Positions 7,656-15,923 of a stretch of 18,604 bases of DNA are shown one piece after another. Where the stretch lies: NCBI GenBank assembly GCA_934661135.1, contig CAKUJA010000045.1, forward strand, positions 1-18,604, written 5' to 3'. Source of the DNA: an uncultured Oscillospiraceae bacterium. Lineage in GTDB: Bacteria > Bacillota > Clostridia > Oscillospirales > Oscillospiraceae. Position 1 is the stretch's first letter, and each line of letters starts with the position of its first letter. The notes under the pieces are model-generated. The model did not search any database. It saw nothing but the letters and a program-made list of their open reading frames with translations, and was not told where the DNA came from. Both the position numbers and the translations under genes were made by a program.

Positions 7656-8267
7656 TTATCCTCCCTCGGTGACGACGGTTGGTTCCGTCGTGAAGCAGGC
7701 GTCGAGCCATGCAATGGCCTCGGCCTCGGTGTCAAACGATTTCCACTCCATCAAGTGGCCTGCGTCATCGACCAGCGCTTCACCGGAGGTCGTCGGCGTC
7801 TGGAAGTTGATCTGCTCGCCCATGGTCTGGAGCGTTTTGCTGGGCGGGCCGAACAGCGTCTTGTGGACGAAGATGGCCGTGAACTTCTCTACGCCGTCGA
7901 TCATATCCGGCGCGTAGAATCCGCTGCCGACGTACTGACCGGTCGAGGCCTTGCCGTAGGCCATGCTCTTCACGGTCTTGGGCGAGCCGGAACCAACCGA
8001 ACGGCTCAGCTCATACGCTTTGAAAAGCAGCTTCTGCGTCTCGTCCGGGATGTACTTCACGCCCTGGCTGACCGTCAGGCCCGTGACCTTCTTCATGTAC
8101 TCGGCCAGCGCGGACTCAGCATAGAGACGCCCCTCCGCGAACTTGAGTTCGAGGTTGGCCGTCATTGCGTCGCCCATGGACATCGGCGTGTCATAACTGA
8201 TTTTCTTCTGCGTTTTGTCGTAATTGTATTTCGCGACCTTCATGCCGCGAAGATCAAATTCAGGCAT
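7656..8267 (-). CDS. major tail protein (phi13/TP901-1-like)
   Basis: ATG at 8267 has an AAAGGAG SD. The 203-aa product begins MPEFDLRGMKVAKYNYD...ANLELKFAEGRLYAES... and matches the phi13-family major tail pattern by eye. It sits in the canonical position upstream of the chaperone. Confidence 0.85.
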   Translation of the reverse strand: MPEFDLRGMKVAKYNYDKTQKKISYDTPMSMGDAMTANLELKFAEGRLYAESALAEYMKKVTGLTVSQGVKYIPDETQKLLFKAYELSRSVGSGSPKTVKSMAYGKASTGQYVGSGFYAPDMIDGVEKFTAIFVHKTLFGPPSKTLQTMGEQINFQTPTTSGEALVDDAGHLMEWKSFDTEAEAIAWLDACFTTEPTVVTEGG

Positions 8268-8268
8268 G

Positions 8269-8709
8269 TCATTCTCCTTTCAGAATGTCGGCAGCGACGT
8301 CGGACATTTTGTCGTTGGCCTGCTGCCAGGTGTTGTGTACCGCGGTCGACCAGTAATAGTCTGCCGGGATCTTGCCGCCGGTTCGCCGGCCGTAGTTCAG
8401 CACGAAACCCTTTGTGCCGTACCGCTGCCCACGTTTGTCCTTCCCGTGGATCGTGACGAACATATACGGGACGCCGTTTTTGTCCTTCCGGACGACGCGG
8501 GCTTTTGTGATATGCCGCAGCGTCTCACCGGTGCGCCGCTGTCGGCCGGGGCTGTTATGCCCGGACTCCACAAAGGCAGATTTTACAGAGGTCAGCATGA
8601 CCTCGGAGCCGGCTGTCAGCATCCGCTTCACGTTCTCGTCGGTAAACAGATCGGCCTTATTCAGCTGCCGGATGGCCTCTTCAATGCCGTCGGTCTCCAT
8701 CTGCGCCAT
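8269..8709 (-). CDS. HK97 gp10-like head-tail joining / tail-completion protein
   Basis: The product is 146 aa. It reads MAQMETDGIEEAIRQLNK....LTAGSEVMLTSVKSAF....TGETLRHI.....GVPYMFVTIHGKDKRGQRYGTKGFVLNYG, the pattern of the gp10 family. It shares 1 nt (8709) with the stop codon of the upstream gene. Confidence 0.7.
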   Translation of the reverse strand: MAQMETDGIEEAIRQLNKADLFTDENVKRMLTAGSEVMLTSVKSAFVESGHNSPGRQRRTGETLRHITKARVVRKDKNGVPYMFVTIHGKDKRGQRYGTKGFVLNYGRRTGGKIPADYYWSTAVHNTWQQANDKMSDVAADILKGE

Positions 8710-9044
8710 CAGATCACCTCACAGGGAATGTCCGTGTAGTAGGTGGCTGTCTCGACGTCGTAGGAGTGCTCCGGCATCTGCATCGCGATATGCGCATCCG
8801 CCAAAGCCTTTGAGACTTCGGCGGGGAGCGTATCATCTTCGGTTTGCGTGGCCACGGTCACAACGGCCTGATAGATCGTGGCGAAGGGGCGGCCGTTGGC
8901 GTAGGCATAGCGCTCGCCGGTCGGCGTCCAGACCAGATAGCGGAGCAGCTGCGCACCCTCGTCCGTTGTCTCTGGGGCCTGTACCTTGTAGACCGCATCC
9001 GGCAGGACGGTTTTGAGCGCGTTTTCAATTTTGGAATAGCTCAT
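8709..9044 (-). CDS. neck / head-tail joining protein (hypothetical)
   Basis: The track ORF is 8709..9065. The start is probably ATG 9044 (MSYSKIENALK...), with GGAGGGG 5 nt upstream. The call rests on position within the neck module only. Confidence 0.5.
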   Translation of the reverse strand: MSYSKIENALKTVLPDAVYKVQAPETTDEGAQLLRYLVWTPTGERYAYANGRPFATIYQAVVTVATQTEDDTLPAEVSKALADAHIAMQMPEHSYDVETATYYTDIPCEVI

Positions 9045-9366
9045 ATTTCCCCTCCGGTTCCGCAAGGCTTAACGTGTTGATGTCGAGGCCGTCGGCATCC
9101 TGTTCGCGCTGCGCCTGGTCGATGCGATAGACGTGGCCGTCCTCCAGTGTGCAGTATTGGTCAGCCTCGATCGGTGCGTCGAAGACGCTGCGCGGCATGG
9201 ACACCATGCGCACGAGCTTCTGCCCGGCCTGCTTCCCGGCGTAAAACCGGGAGGCGTACACCGTGCGCTCGCAGTAAAAGTGCTGGCTGACGGCCTTGAG
9301 CTTGCGCACGGCAGGAGACCGACCAGGGAGCAGCGTGTAGATCGTCAAAATCTTGTCGTAGATCAT
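9025..9366 (-). CDS. head closure / head-tail adaptor protein (Phage_H_T_join-like)
   Basis: The track ORF is 9025..9393. ATG 9366 overlaps the upstream TGA (ATGA). The segment ...FYCERTVYASRFYAGKQAGQKLVRMVSMPRSVF....TLEDGHVYRIDQ... resembles head-closure proteins. Confidence 0.6.
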   Translation of the reverse strand: MIYDKILTIYTLLPGRSPAVRKLKAVSQHFYCERTVYASRFYAGKQAGQKLVRMVSMPRSVFDAPIEADQYCTLEDGHVYRIDQAQREQDADGLDINTLSLAEPEGKYELFQN

Positions 9367-9653
9367 CCGCCGTCCCTCATTTTCTCGTGACACAGCCGGT
9401 CCTTGATCATGATGTCAAGATTCCGGGGGAGTGCCGCCCGCTCAGTGTTGCCACGGGCACGATACATCCACGCGGCTACGGAGCCGACCAGCATGTCATC
9501 CTCGTCGCTGTCGTCCGCCAGCGTGATACCGCGCCGGCGGACAAAGGATTCGGCTGTGGTCAGCAGACCGCGCATATAAAGCTCCTGTTGATCAGCGCAC
9601 GACAAAATGCCAAGATCAACCTTCATGTAAGTCAGACGCAGGTCTGCTGACAT
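9363..9653 (-). CDS. gp6-like head-tail connector protein
   Basis: ATG at 9653 follows a G-rich SD. The 96-aa product has LTYMKVDLGI...QELYMRGLLTTAESFVRRRGITL, typical of Phage_connect_1-type proteins. It is the first gene after the capsid gene. Confidence 0.75.
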   Translation of the reverse strand: MSADLRLTYMKVDLGILSCADQQELYMRGLLTTAESFVRRRGITLADDSDEDDMLVGSVAAWMYRARGNTERAALPRNLDIMIKDRLCHEKMRDGG

Positions 9654-9669
9654 TCCACAGCCCCCTCTC

Positions 9670-11358
9670 TTACGCCTTGGCGGTCACGCTGCCGGAGCCA
9701 ACGGCCACGGCCTTGCCGTCCGCGTTGACCTCAACGACGGTGATGGTCGCGCCGGTCGTGGCGCTCTTGATGGTCTTATTTGCGGGGATGGCTTCCCAGC
9801 CCTTTCCGATGGGCTCGCCGTTCGCCACAGGCACGGCCTGACCGCCGACCTGATACTTCAGCGTGCCGGAGCCGTTGCCAGCCACCGTCACGGTGCTGTC
9901 GCCGGACGCGCCGGTGCCGGCTGCCGTCGTCACGATCAAAGTGCCAATTGCAGTGTTAGCGAGGTCCTTGCCGAAAGTCGTGGTCGTGGTCGGGGCCACA
10001 TTGCCGTAGTTGACGACCACAAACGCCTCACCGATGGCCGGCTTGCCGTCGCGGCGCTGCAGGCCCTTATAGCAGGTCTGATTCTGAAGCCACCGCACAT
10101 TTGTATTGGATTCGATCAGCGTGCCCTCGCGCTCGACCGATCGATAGAGACTCAGGAAACCGCCTGCAATCTCATTGTCCGGCATGACTTCCCACTCGAC
10201 GATCACACCGCCGACGACCGGCATGGTGTTGTTGACGCCTGCAACCATAGCCGCAGCGGAGTTGTAGGCCAACGCGCGGGACATCAGGTCGAGATGTGTC
10301 TTGCGATTCATGGTCCAGACGACCGTACCGTTGGAGTAGTCCGGCTTGGCCACAGCCAGCGCCGCGACCAGCGGCTGGAAGAACTCGACGCCAGTCTTGG
10401 CGGAGAGGTCGAGTTTCAGAATGTGGCTGGTATGCAGGTCGGTAAAATCGCCCTGCTGCGCGCCCCACCATGCGGGCTTCGCGGTTGCGGCCAGACGGGT
10501 CAGGATGCCAACGGGCATCTTTTCGCCGGTGCCGAACCAGATGGACTTATCGATCGCTTTTGCGAGAGAGGATGCGAGTGCCTGAAGGATGGTCGATGCA
10601 AGCTGCAGGTCACTGTCATCCATCAGCAGGGAGTTCGGGACAGCCATATAGCCGCCGACCATGTAGCCGTCCATCGTCAGCTGCCAGAAGTCAATGTCGA
10701 GCTCGTTGAGCGCGTCGGTCATTTCGGTCCAGATGGCCTCCGGTGCAACACCGGCAACGTTCTGGCGCGTGGTGCCGCGGAAGCTCGTGGTGAAGCAGTA
10801 GCGCAGGAACTTGGATTCCTGATAGGTCAGATCGCGCAGGATCGGCAGGAAACCATCAGGGATGCCGAGTTCGCCGCCGTTTACGCTGCGCTGCTGACTG
10901 CGCGCCTCGCGGACGCGCTGCAGGAATTCTTTGACGGCGGGCTGCGCCAGCAGCGCGTCGCGCTCCTGATAGGTGAGGCCGAACCAGCGGCGCTCCGGGT
11001 TGTTGATAGGCATGGAATGATTACTCCTTTCGGTGTTGGTGGTTCCGGTCGGCTCTGCCGCCGGGGGATCAGACGCGGGCGGCGTCTGCGCTTCTTCCAG
11101 ACTGCGGATTTCTTCGTTGATCTCGTTGATCCGTTCCTGCACACGGGTGATGTCCGCGGCGTTCGCGCTGCGCTCCTGCTCAAAAGCATTCACAGCGGCC
11201 TCAACGACGCTGCGCTCCTCATCGGTCTGCGCCTCGGCGATGTCATGCTCCAGCTCCGCTTCGCGGGCCGCGAAGCCATCGCGCGTGGTTTCAAGCGTCT
11301 GAAGCTCAGTCTGCAGCGGTGCAAGACGGCTCCGCAGCAGCAAAACTTTTAATGCCAT
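9670..11358 (-). CDS. major capsid protein, HK97 fold, with N-terminal delta (scaffold) domain and C-terminal Ig-like domain
   Basis: ATG at 11358 (TAAATG with the protease stop) has a GGGAGG SD; the product is 562 aa. Residues 1 to ~90 are a coiled coil (LQTELQTLETTRDGFAAREAELEHDIAEAQ...). The centre is an HK97-type capsid core (...FWQLTMDGYMVGGYMAVPNSLLMDDSDLQLASTILQALASSLAKAIDKSIWFGTG...). The last ~105 aa are Thr/Gly/Val-rich beta-strand sequence (TVTVAGNGSGTLKYQVGG...ATITVVEVNADGKAVAVG). Confidence 0.9.
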   Translation of the reverse strand: MALKVLLLRSRLAPLQTELQTLETTRDGFAAREAELEHDIAEAQTDEERSVVEAAVNAFEQERSANAADITRVQERINEINEEIRSLEEAQTPPASDPPAAEPTGTTNTERSNHSMPINNPERRWFGLTYQERDALLAQPAVKEFLQRVREARSQQRSVNGGELGIPDGFLPILRDLTYQESKFLRYCFTTSFRGTTRQNVAGVAPEAIWTEMTDALNELDIDFWQLTMDGYMVGGYMAVPNSLLMDDSDLQLASTILQALASSLAKAIDKSIWFGTGEKMPVGILTRLAATAKPAWWGAQQGDFTDLHTSHILKLDLSAKTGVEFFQPLVAALAVAKPDYSNGTVVWTMNRKTHLDLMSRALAYNSAAAMVAGVNNTMPVVGGVIVEWEVMPDNEIAGGFLSLYRSVEREGTLIESNTNVRWLQNQTCYKGLQRRDGKPAIGEAFVVVNYGNVAPTTTTTFGKDLANTAIGTLIVTTAAGTGASGDSTVTVAGNGSGTLKYQVGGQAVPVANGEPIGKGWEAIPANKTIKSATTGATITVVEVNADGKAVAVGSGSVTAKA

Positions 11359-11943
11359 TTACTGTGTACCTCCCAGTTTCTTTTTCATGTCGCTGCGCCA
11401 GGCATCGGCGCGGCGTTTTTCAATTTCGGCCAGATCCTGCTTGCGGGCGCTGACGGACGTTTCCGTGTAGGCCGGAAACGTACAGACAGACACCTCGTAG
11501 AGAGGATCGACCTCTTCGATTTCCCAGCGGCATTTTCCGTCGCCGAGATCCACAAAGGTTTCGCGTTTGATATCAAATCCAAACGAGCACTGGTCAACGT
11601 CACCCCGCTGGACGCGGGCGTAGAGGTTCATGGCGTCAACGTCATCCCGATTGATTCTGATGCTGCCCCAGAGGCCCCGCTCATCCTGCCGCAGCGTCAG
11701 CGTGCCGGCCTTCGTCCGGCCGAGAACAAGACTGGAATCGTGGTTGATGAGCGCCCGGACATCTCCGGAGACGGAATTGGTAAAAGCGCCCGGCTTTACG
11801 ATCTCGCTCGCGCCTTCCCAAAGCGGGTATTCGCTGTTGAAGACGGAGAAATAACCTTCGATGAACAAATCATCGTTGGCCGAGCGCGTCTGGAACTGCT
11901 GGGCTACGCAGCGCACCTGCCGCTGCTGGCGTTCATTCGGCAT
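11359..11943 (-). CDS. HK97-family prohead protease (S78)
   Basis: ATG at 11943 has GAAGGAGG 8-9 nt upstream. The product reads ...FIEGYFSVFNSEY....EIVKPGAFTNSV....VRALINHDSSLVLGR...GTLTLRQDERGLW....VQRGDVDQCSFGF....EVSVCTFPAY, the canonical prohead protease pattern. Confidence 0.9.
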   Translation of the reverse strand: MPNERQQRQVRCVAQQFQTRSANDDLFIEGYFSVFNSEYPLWEGASEIVKPGAFTNSVSGDVRALINHDSSLVLGRTKAGTLTLRQDERGLWGSIRINRDDVDAMNLYARVQRGDVDQCSFGFDIKRETFVDLGDGKCRWEIEEVDPLYEVSVCTFPAYTETSVSARKQDLAEIEKRRADAWRSDMKKKLGGTQ

Positions 11944-13114
11944 TGCCGTCGCCTCCTTCTAGTTTTTTCTGATTGCCGATCATACCGCGAGGGATGTAGT
12001 TTTCGAGGATGACCAGCTCGTTCAGGCCCTTGCGCGGACTGAGGCCGAGCCAATCGCGGGCCTCGTTGCCGTCCATCAGGCCGCGGATGTACTGATCGTC
12101 GGCCACGCTGGCCAGCTCCTGCAGCGTGTAGCTGTAAAGCCGGCGTGTGGACATCTGGAAATACATCTCCTCGGAGATCAGCAGTTTTCGCGTCAGCTCC
12201 TGGCAGATGATGTTGGAGATCGTGACCGCCGTGGTGCGGATCATGTGGTTGTGCTCCGCATCGGAATAGCTGCCGACGCCGACCATATACGGCGTCACAC
12301 CGACCAGCGAGGCAACCTCGCGTTTGTCTAGCTCCACGCTGTCCTTGATGGCGAGATCCGTCAAACTCAGCGGTTTGACCTGCTGCACCTCCATCAGCTC
12401 TGCCGGGATCACCCACGGCTCGCCTGCGGAGCTGCCGGACATATACTGGTCGACCAGCCGTTTGCGGCCTGCTTCGTCGGCAAATTCATCGGCCAGCGCA
12501 TCCACCTTGACGATCACGCTCGGCTTCCACTTGTCGGACATAAAACCCTTTTTCGTGGCGGCCGCCTGCCGGAGATTCGCGGTCACATCCCGGAGACTGA
12601 TCCGCAGGCCGATTCCCTGCCAGGGCTGCGCCGGGTCGGGCCAGCGTTTGAAATGGAGTACGCTGTCGGCCGCATAGCGCCGTCCCTGCCACATGACATA
12701 GTAGGTCAGGCCGTTATCGTCACTCAGCGCATACGCACCTGGCATCGGCTCTAGCTCGCTCAAAAGTCCGCGCTCCGTGTGCGGCAGGAGGAAGGCACTG
12801 CCGGTCGAGGTCGTCAGCATCGTCCAGACGATCCAGGAGATCAAATCCTTGCGCGTTCCGTGCCGCCACGGGGAAATGTCCATGAAGCGCGCCAGCTGAT
12901 TGCGGACGCGGACGTCGCCGTCATCGGTGTTCCGCATGAGCTGGATTGTAGCGTTCGAGATGATATCAGCGAGACCGCCGATGGCGGCAAGCACATCCGG
13001 ACTGTCAATTAACCGGGTATAACCGGGAACGGCCAATGTATCAGCATCGATCGCGCCGATCATCCATTTTTGCAGCGCTGGGTTCATCCCTCTGCGCTGC
13101 GGCTTCACTCTCAA
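11933..13114 (-). CDS. portal protein (HK97 family)
   Basis: The product is 393 aa and sits between the large terminase and the protease. The segment ...YTRLIDSPDVLAAIGGLADIISNATIQLMRNTDDGD...RNQLARFMD.SPW......LISWIVWTMLTTSTGSAFLLP fits the portal family. The track start, TTG 13114, overlaps the terminase TGA (TTGA); ATG 13087 is an alternative. Confidence 0.9.
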   Translation of the reverse strand: MRVKPQRRGMNPALQKWMIGAIDADTLAVPGYTRLIDSPDVLAAIGGLADIISNATIQLMRNTDDGDVRVRNQLARFMDISPWRHGTRKDLISWIVWTMLTTSTGSAFLLPHTERGLLSELEPMPGAYALSDDNGLTYYVMWQGRRYAADSVLHFKRWPDPAQPWQGIGLRISLRDVTANLRQAAATKKGFMSDKWKPSVIVKVDALADEFADEAGRKRLVDQYMSGSSAGEPWVIPAELMEVQQVKPLSLTDLAIKDSVELDKREVASLVGVTPYMVGVGSYSDAEHNHMIRTTAVTISNIICQELTRKLLISEEMYFQMSTRRLYSYTLQELASVADDQYIRGLMDGNEARDWLGLSPRKGLNELVILENYIPRGMIGNQKKLEGGDGNAE

Positions 13115-14910
13115 TCTGCATCACCGTCCTTGTCTTTCTTGTCATACCAGCCTGCCGCCTTATTGCTGGCGGTCAGATCTTCGAGATAGGCGCAAACCGC
13201 AAACACCGAGGCATCAAAGAGGTCGATGCGGAGGTTTGGCTCGATTTTTTGATACATGACCATGTCGTCAGCCTTCTCGATGCCGGCGACATTCTGCACG
13301 CAGTACTCATAGGGTTCGGCGTGCATGTAGTAGAGCGTTCCCTTTTTCGCGCTGGCCTCCAGATAGCGAAAACCCTCGGACTTCCGCGTGAACAGCTGCG
13401 GCTGATCCTTGATCGGGAAGCGCTCCTTCTGCATCTCCACGAAATACTCGCGGCAGAATTTCCGGTCGTGGCCGATGCGGCGGATCTTAAACCCATCGGC
13501 GCGCAGTTTTTTGTACCATTGCACCACATCGTGGTGATTCGTGACCTTGTCGTTGGTCATGTCCAGCCAGCCGTCCTCCTGCCAACCGAACAGCGGGATT
13601 TGATCCTGCTGCGCCTTGACGATGGCGGCCGGCCGCGGGAACCATGCGTGCGGAATGATGATGTCTACGCCTTTGTAGTGGCCGAAGAGGCAACCGGCCG
13701 TCAGGTCGTGCAGCTTCGAAAGGTCTGTGCCGCCATACCAACGGATAGGCAGCTTCGCGAGTTGCCGATAGTTCCAGTCGTACTTCTCGTCGCTCTTGCG
13801 GAACTCTTGGATGTCAAACCATGCCTTGATCGCGTTCGTTGTGACGTTCAGCGACTTGTTGAGAAACTCCGGCCGGAGCGCCGGGTTTTCAGCGGCCATG
13901 GCCGCATCGTTGATCATGTCCTGCGGGCGGATGGAGTAGCCCCAGCCCGGCGAGGCTGCTTTCAGCACAGCCGGATCATGCAGGTCAACGTCACCGTTTT
14001 CCAGTGTCGGCGCGGAGCAGAGAAAACAAAAGATGCTGTCGGCCGCGTCACCCGTGACCGTCCCGCGCAGAATTTTCCGGCAGTATTCGAGATGGGCGAG
14101 CAGGAAGCCTCTGGCGTTCGGACCGTTAGACGAGATCACGATGACGAGCTTGTTTGTGTACGCCTTCGTCGCGTCCTTCAGGATCTGATACTGTTGCGGG
14201 CTTTTGTAGGTGTGCGCTTCGTCCGCGATGACGATGTTGCAGTTAAAGGAGTCCTGCTTGTCAGGATTCGCGGCCAGCGCATCGATGGAGACCATGCCGC
14301 TGCCGATATCGCCGGAGATCGACCGCTCGGCATTGTTGTCGATGACGCGAAGCCCCTGCACAGGATCGTCGTCCGTCGTAATTTGCAAACGAGCCAGGTT
14401 GTATTTAAGAAAATTGAAAACCTCTTTCGTCTGCCTAAGCGCACCGCCTACGGCATAAACCTTGGAACCGCTGGCTCGTTCATGCAGCGCCAGCGCAAAC
14501 GCGAGCGCTGCAGCAAAGGTCGTCTTGATGTTTTTTCGGGGGATGAAGTCGACGGCCTCCTTGAAGCGCCGGATGTTCGTCCCTGGGGCATAAAAGCCGA
14601 GAAGGTTGTAGACGATGAACTTGTGATAAGGGAGAAGCAGGAACGGCGTGCCGCGCAGCGGCGTTGCGTCCAAAAATTCTCCCTGCTGGTGGCAGAGCAT
14701 TGTCTCGATGATGGCGATGATGTCGTTGGCCGGTTCCGTGCGGAACTCCCATTTTCCACGGTCGAGGTCTGCAACGTATCGCTTGCAGGCGAGCACAGCG
14801 TCCTCGCACAACCCGGACTCTCCGGACAGGACGGATTCCACGAAGGAGTCCACCTCGCGCTGATACTGCGGGCCGTGCTCAACAGCGTGGTCGTGCGCTG
14901 CGGCAAGCAT
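13111..14910 (-). CDS. terL: terminase large subunit (Terminase_1/HK97-like) portion of a 765-codon ORF
   Basis: A ~599-aa segment starts at ATG 14910 (MLAAAHDHAVEHGP...) and has the typical large-terminase N-terminus (LACKRYVADLDRGKWEFRTEPANDIIAIIETMLCHQQGEFLDATPLRGTPFLLLPYHKFIVYNLLGF). There is no stop codon between it and the upstream small-terminase-like segment. Confidence 0.9.
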   Translation of the reverse strand: MLAAAHDHAVEHGPQYQREVDSFVESVLSGESGLCEDAVLACKRYVADLDRGKWEFRTEPANDIIAIIETMLCHQQGEFLDATPLRGTPFLLLPYHKFIVYNLLGFYAPGTNIRRFKEAVDFIPRKNIKTTFAAALAFALALHERASGSKVYAVGGALRQTKEVFNFLKYNLARLQITTDDDPVQGLRVIDNNAERSISGDIGSGMVSIDALAANPDKQDSFNCNIVIADEAHTYKSPQQYQILKDATKAYTNKLVIVISSNGPNARGFLLAHLEYCRKILRGTVTGDAADSIFCFLCSAPTLENGDVDLHDPAVLKAASPGWGYSIRPQDMINDAAMAAENPALRPEFLNKSLNVTTNAIKAWFDIQEFRKSDEKYDWNYRQLAKLPIRWYGGTDLSKLHDLTAGCLFGHYKGVDIIIPHAWFPRPAAIVKAQQDQIPLFGWQEDGWLDMTNDKVTNHHDVVQWYKKLRADGFKIRRIGHDRKFCREYFVEMQKERFPIKDQPQLFTRKSEGFRYLEASAKKGTLYYMHAEPYEYCVQNVAGIEKADDMVMYQKIEPNLRIDLFDASVFAVCAYLEDLTASNKAAGWYDKKDKDGDAD

Positions 14911-15408
14911 TTGCTCGATCTTGCTGTTGCCGAGGGCAGAGGGCTGAAGCTTCGACCTGGCTTTATTCAGGCCAGTCGGCGTCAGGCCGAGCTGATTGCG
15001 GAGAGACTGCACCGTCGCGCGCAGATCTTCGACCGCCGTCCAGTATGGGCTTTTGGCCGTGTACTCCGCGCCGGTTTTGTTGACCATGGTGCAGATCCGC
15101 TGCCCGCCCTGTTTCTTCCACTCCTTCTCTGCGCGGGAGAGTTCGCGTTCCGTCTTGGCTAGCTGCTTGATCGTCGGCTCGAATATCTCGTTGTAGGTTC
15201 CGACCAGCTCCATATCCTTCCGGATCATGTCCTCTCTGGCCAAGTGCTCACCTCCCGCATGCCGGAGACTCTGCCAGGCCCGGCGGCTCCGGGCCCAGTT
15301 AGGAGGATCTGAGAAGGCAATGGCGGCGTTCCCAATGTCGCTGCTGCCTGGCACAGCCTCCGGCGTTTCGCGCAGGCGCGTCGTTTGCGCCCGCACCGCA
15401 TGATTCAA
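14911..15408 (-). CDS. terS: P27-family-like small terminase domain, in frame with terL (start uncertain)
   Basis: The segment ...SDPPNWARSRRAWQSL....NEIFEPTIKQLAKTERELSRAEKEWKKQGG...NKTGAEYTAKSPYWTAVEDLRATVQSLRNQLGLTPTGLNKARSKL matches the P27 small-terminase pattern (P..[LW]......W..[LI] ... G ... nP ... LGLTP). Candidate starts are TTG 15408 or GTG 15396 (weak SD), GTG 15354, and TTG 15243 (strong GGGAGGTGA SD 7 nt upstream, but it would remove the N-terminal motif). Confidence 0.55.
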
Positions 15409-15502
15409 TTCTCGCGCGCACCCGCGCGCCTCGGACCTCTTGCTTTACCCCCTCCGCCCGTTTTCCCGCCGTCGGAAAAGGGGACCCACTCCGGTGCTTT
15501 TG
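15409..15502. other. candidate cos / packaging-recognition region between the HNH gene and terS
   Basis: This is non-coding by default and very GC-rich. It contains GCGCGC-ACCC-GCGCGC (15414-15429), an imperfect TTTTCCCG..CGGAAAA palindrome (15460-15479) and G/C runs. The call rests on position only, by the HK97-like rule that cos lies between the HNH and terS genes. Confidence 0.25.
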
Positions 15503-15796
15503 TCAGAACGGCGGCGGCGCATCGGGAGGGGGGATCACTCGCCGCTGCCACGCGAGGCCGCGATCGGTCAGCTTGCCGGTCACGCGGTCGTGGAAGCTGT
15601 TGTGCGCTGCCTGACTCACAGCGATCAGATTCCAGCCGCACCATTGCCAGCCGGGGAAATCTTCCACCGGGTAGACGTGATGGGCAACGGTCGCCAGTTC
15701 GTTCCTGCCGAACCTTGCGGCCTCTCGGCATCGGTACTTGTCACGCCGGAGCACCGCGTCGCGCAGGTGCAGCCAGCGTTTGCTTTTGTAATCCAT
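15503..15796 (-). CDS. HNH endonuclease (packaging-associated)
   Basis: The track ORF starts at TTG 15802; ATG 15796 (MDYKSKRWLHLRDAVLRRDKYRC...) is more likely. The HNH core is ...VAHHVYP....WNLIAVSQAAHNSFH. It sits immediately upstream of the terminase, as in HK97-like cos phages. Confidence 0.85.
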   Translation of the reverse strand: MDYKSKRWLHLRDAVLRRDKYRCREAARFGRNELATVAHHVYPVEDFPGWQWCGWNLIAVSQAAHNSFHDRVTGKLTDRGLAWQRRVIPPPDAPPPF

Positions 15797-15799
15797 GGA

Positions 15800-15841
15800 C
15801 AAACAAAAAGCGCCATGACCTCACGACGGAGATCATGGCGC
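15800..15841 (-). terminator. intrinsic terminator T2, directly before the HNH start
   Basis: The minus strand reads GCGCCATGATCTC-CGTCGT-GAGGTCATGGCGC: a 13-bp stem with one G-U pair and a 6-nt loop, followed by TTTTTGTTTG. The HNH ATG lies 3 nt after the U-tract. Confidence 0.7.
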
Positions 15842-15864
15842 TCATGCCATCCGGCTATCACCTC
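15827..15864. repeat. repeat copy B (blocks cggagatc and catccggct plus an SD-like tcacctc)
   Basis: On the plus strand, cggagatc lies at 15827-15834 and catccggct at 15848-15856, 13 nt apart. It is colinear with copy A at 16925-16963. Confidence 0.4.
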
Positions 15865-15869
15865 GGGTG

Positions 15870-15923
15870 CAAAACAAAAGCGCCAAACAATTCTCCGTTT
15901 TCACGGTCAAATCATTTGGCGCT
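15870..15923 (-). terminator. intrinsic terminator-like structure T1 at the end of the KTR gene
   Basis: The minus strand reads AGCGCCAAA-(27 nt containing the inner hairpin CCGT-GAAA-ACGG)-TTTGGCGCT, followed by TTTGTTTTG. The 5' arm encodes the last codons of the KTR gene. Its 3' arm and U-tract are nearly identical to those of T2. Confidence 0.55.

Noticed and set aside
3167-11352. Other long plus-strand ORFs (3167..3976, 4005..4550, 5957..7036, 7608..8456, 8414..9016, 10294..11352)
   Set aside because: All are antisense to recognisable structural genes. They have Arg/Gly/Ala-rich translations, no ribosome-binding sites, and no compatible gene organisation.
13036-15162. A 708-aa plus-strand ORF, the longest ORF on that strand
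   Set aside because: It is exactly antisense to the terminase gene, which has clear family motifs. The product is Arg/Leu/Val/Ala-rich low-information sequence with no SD before the start. Long antisense ORFs are expected in GC-rich coding DNA.
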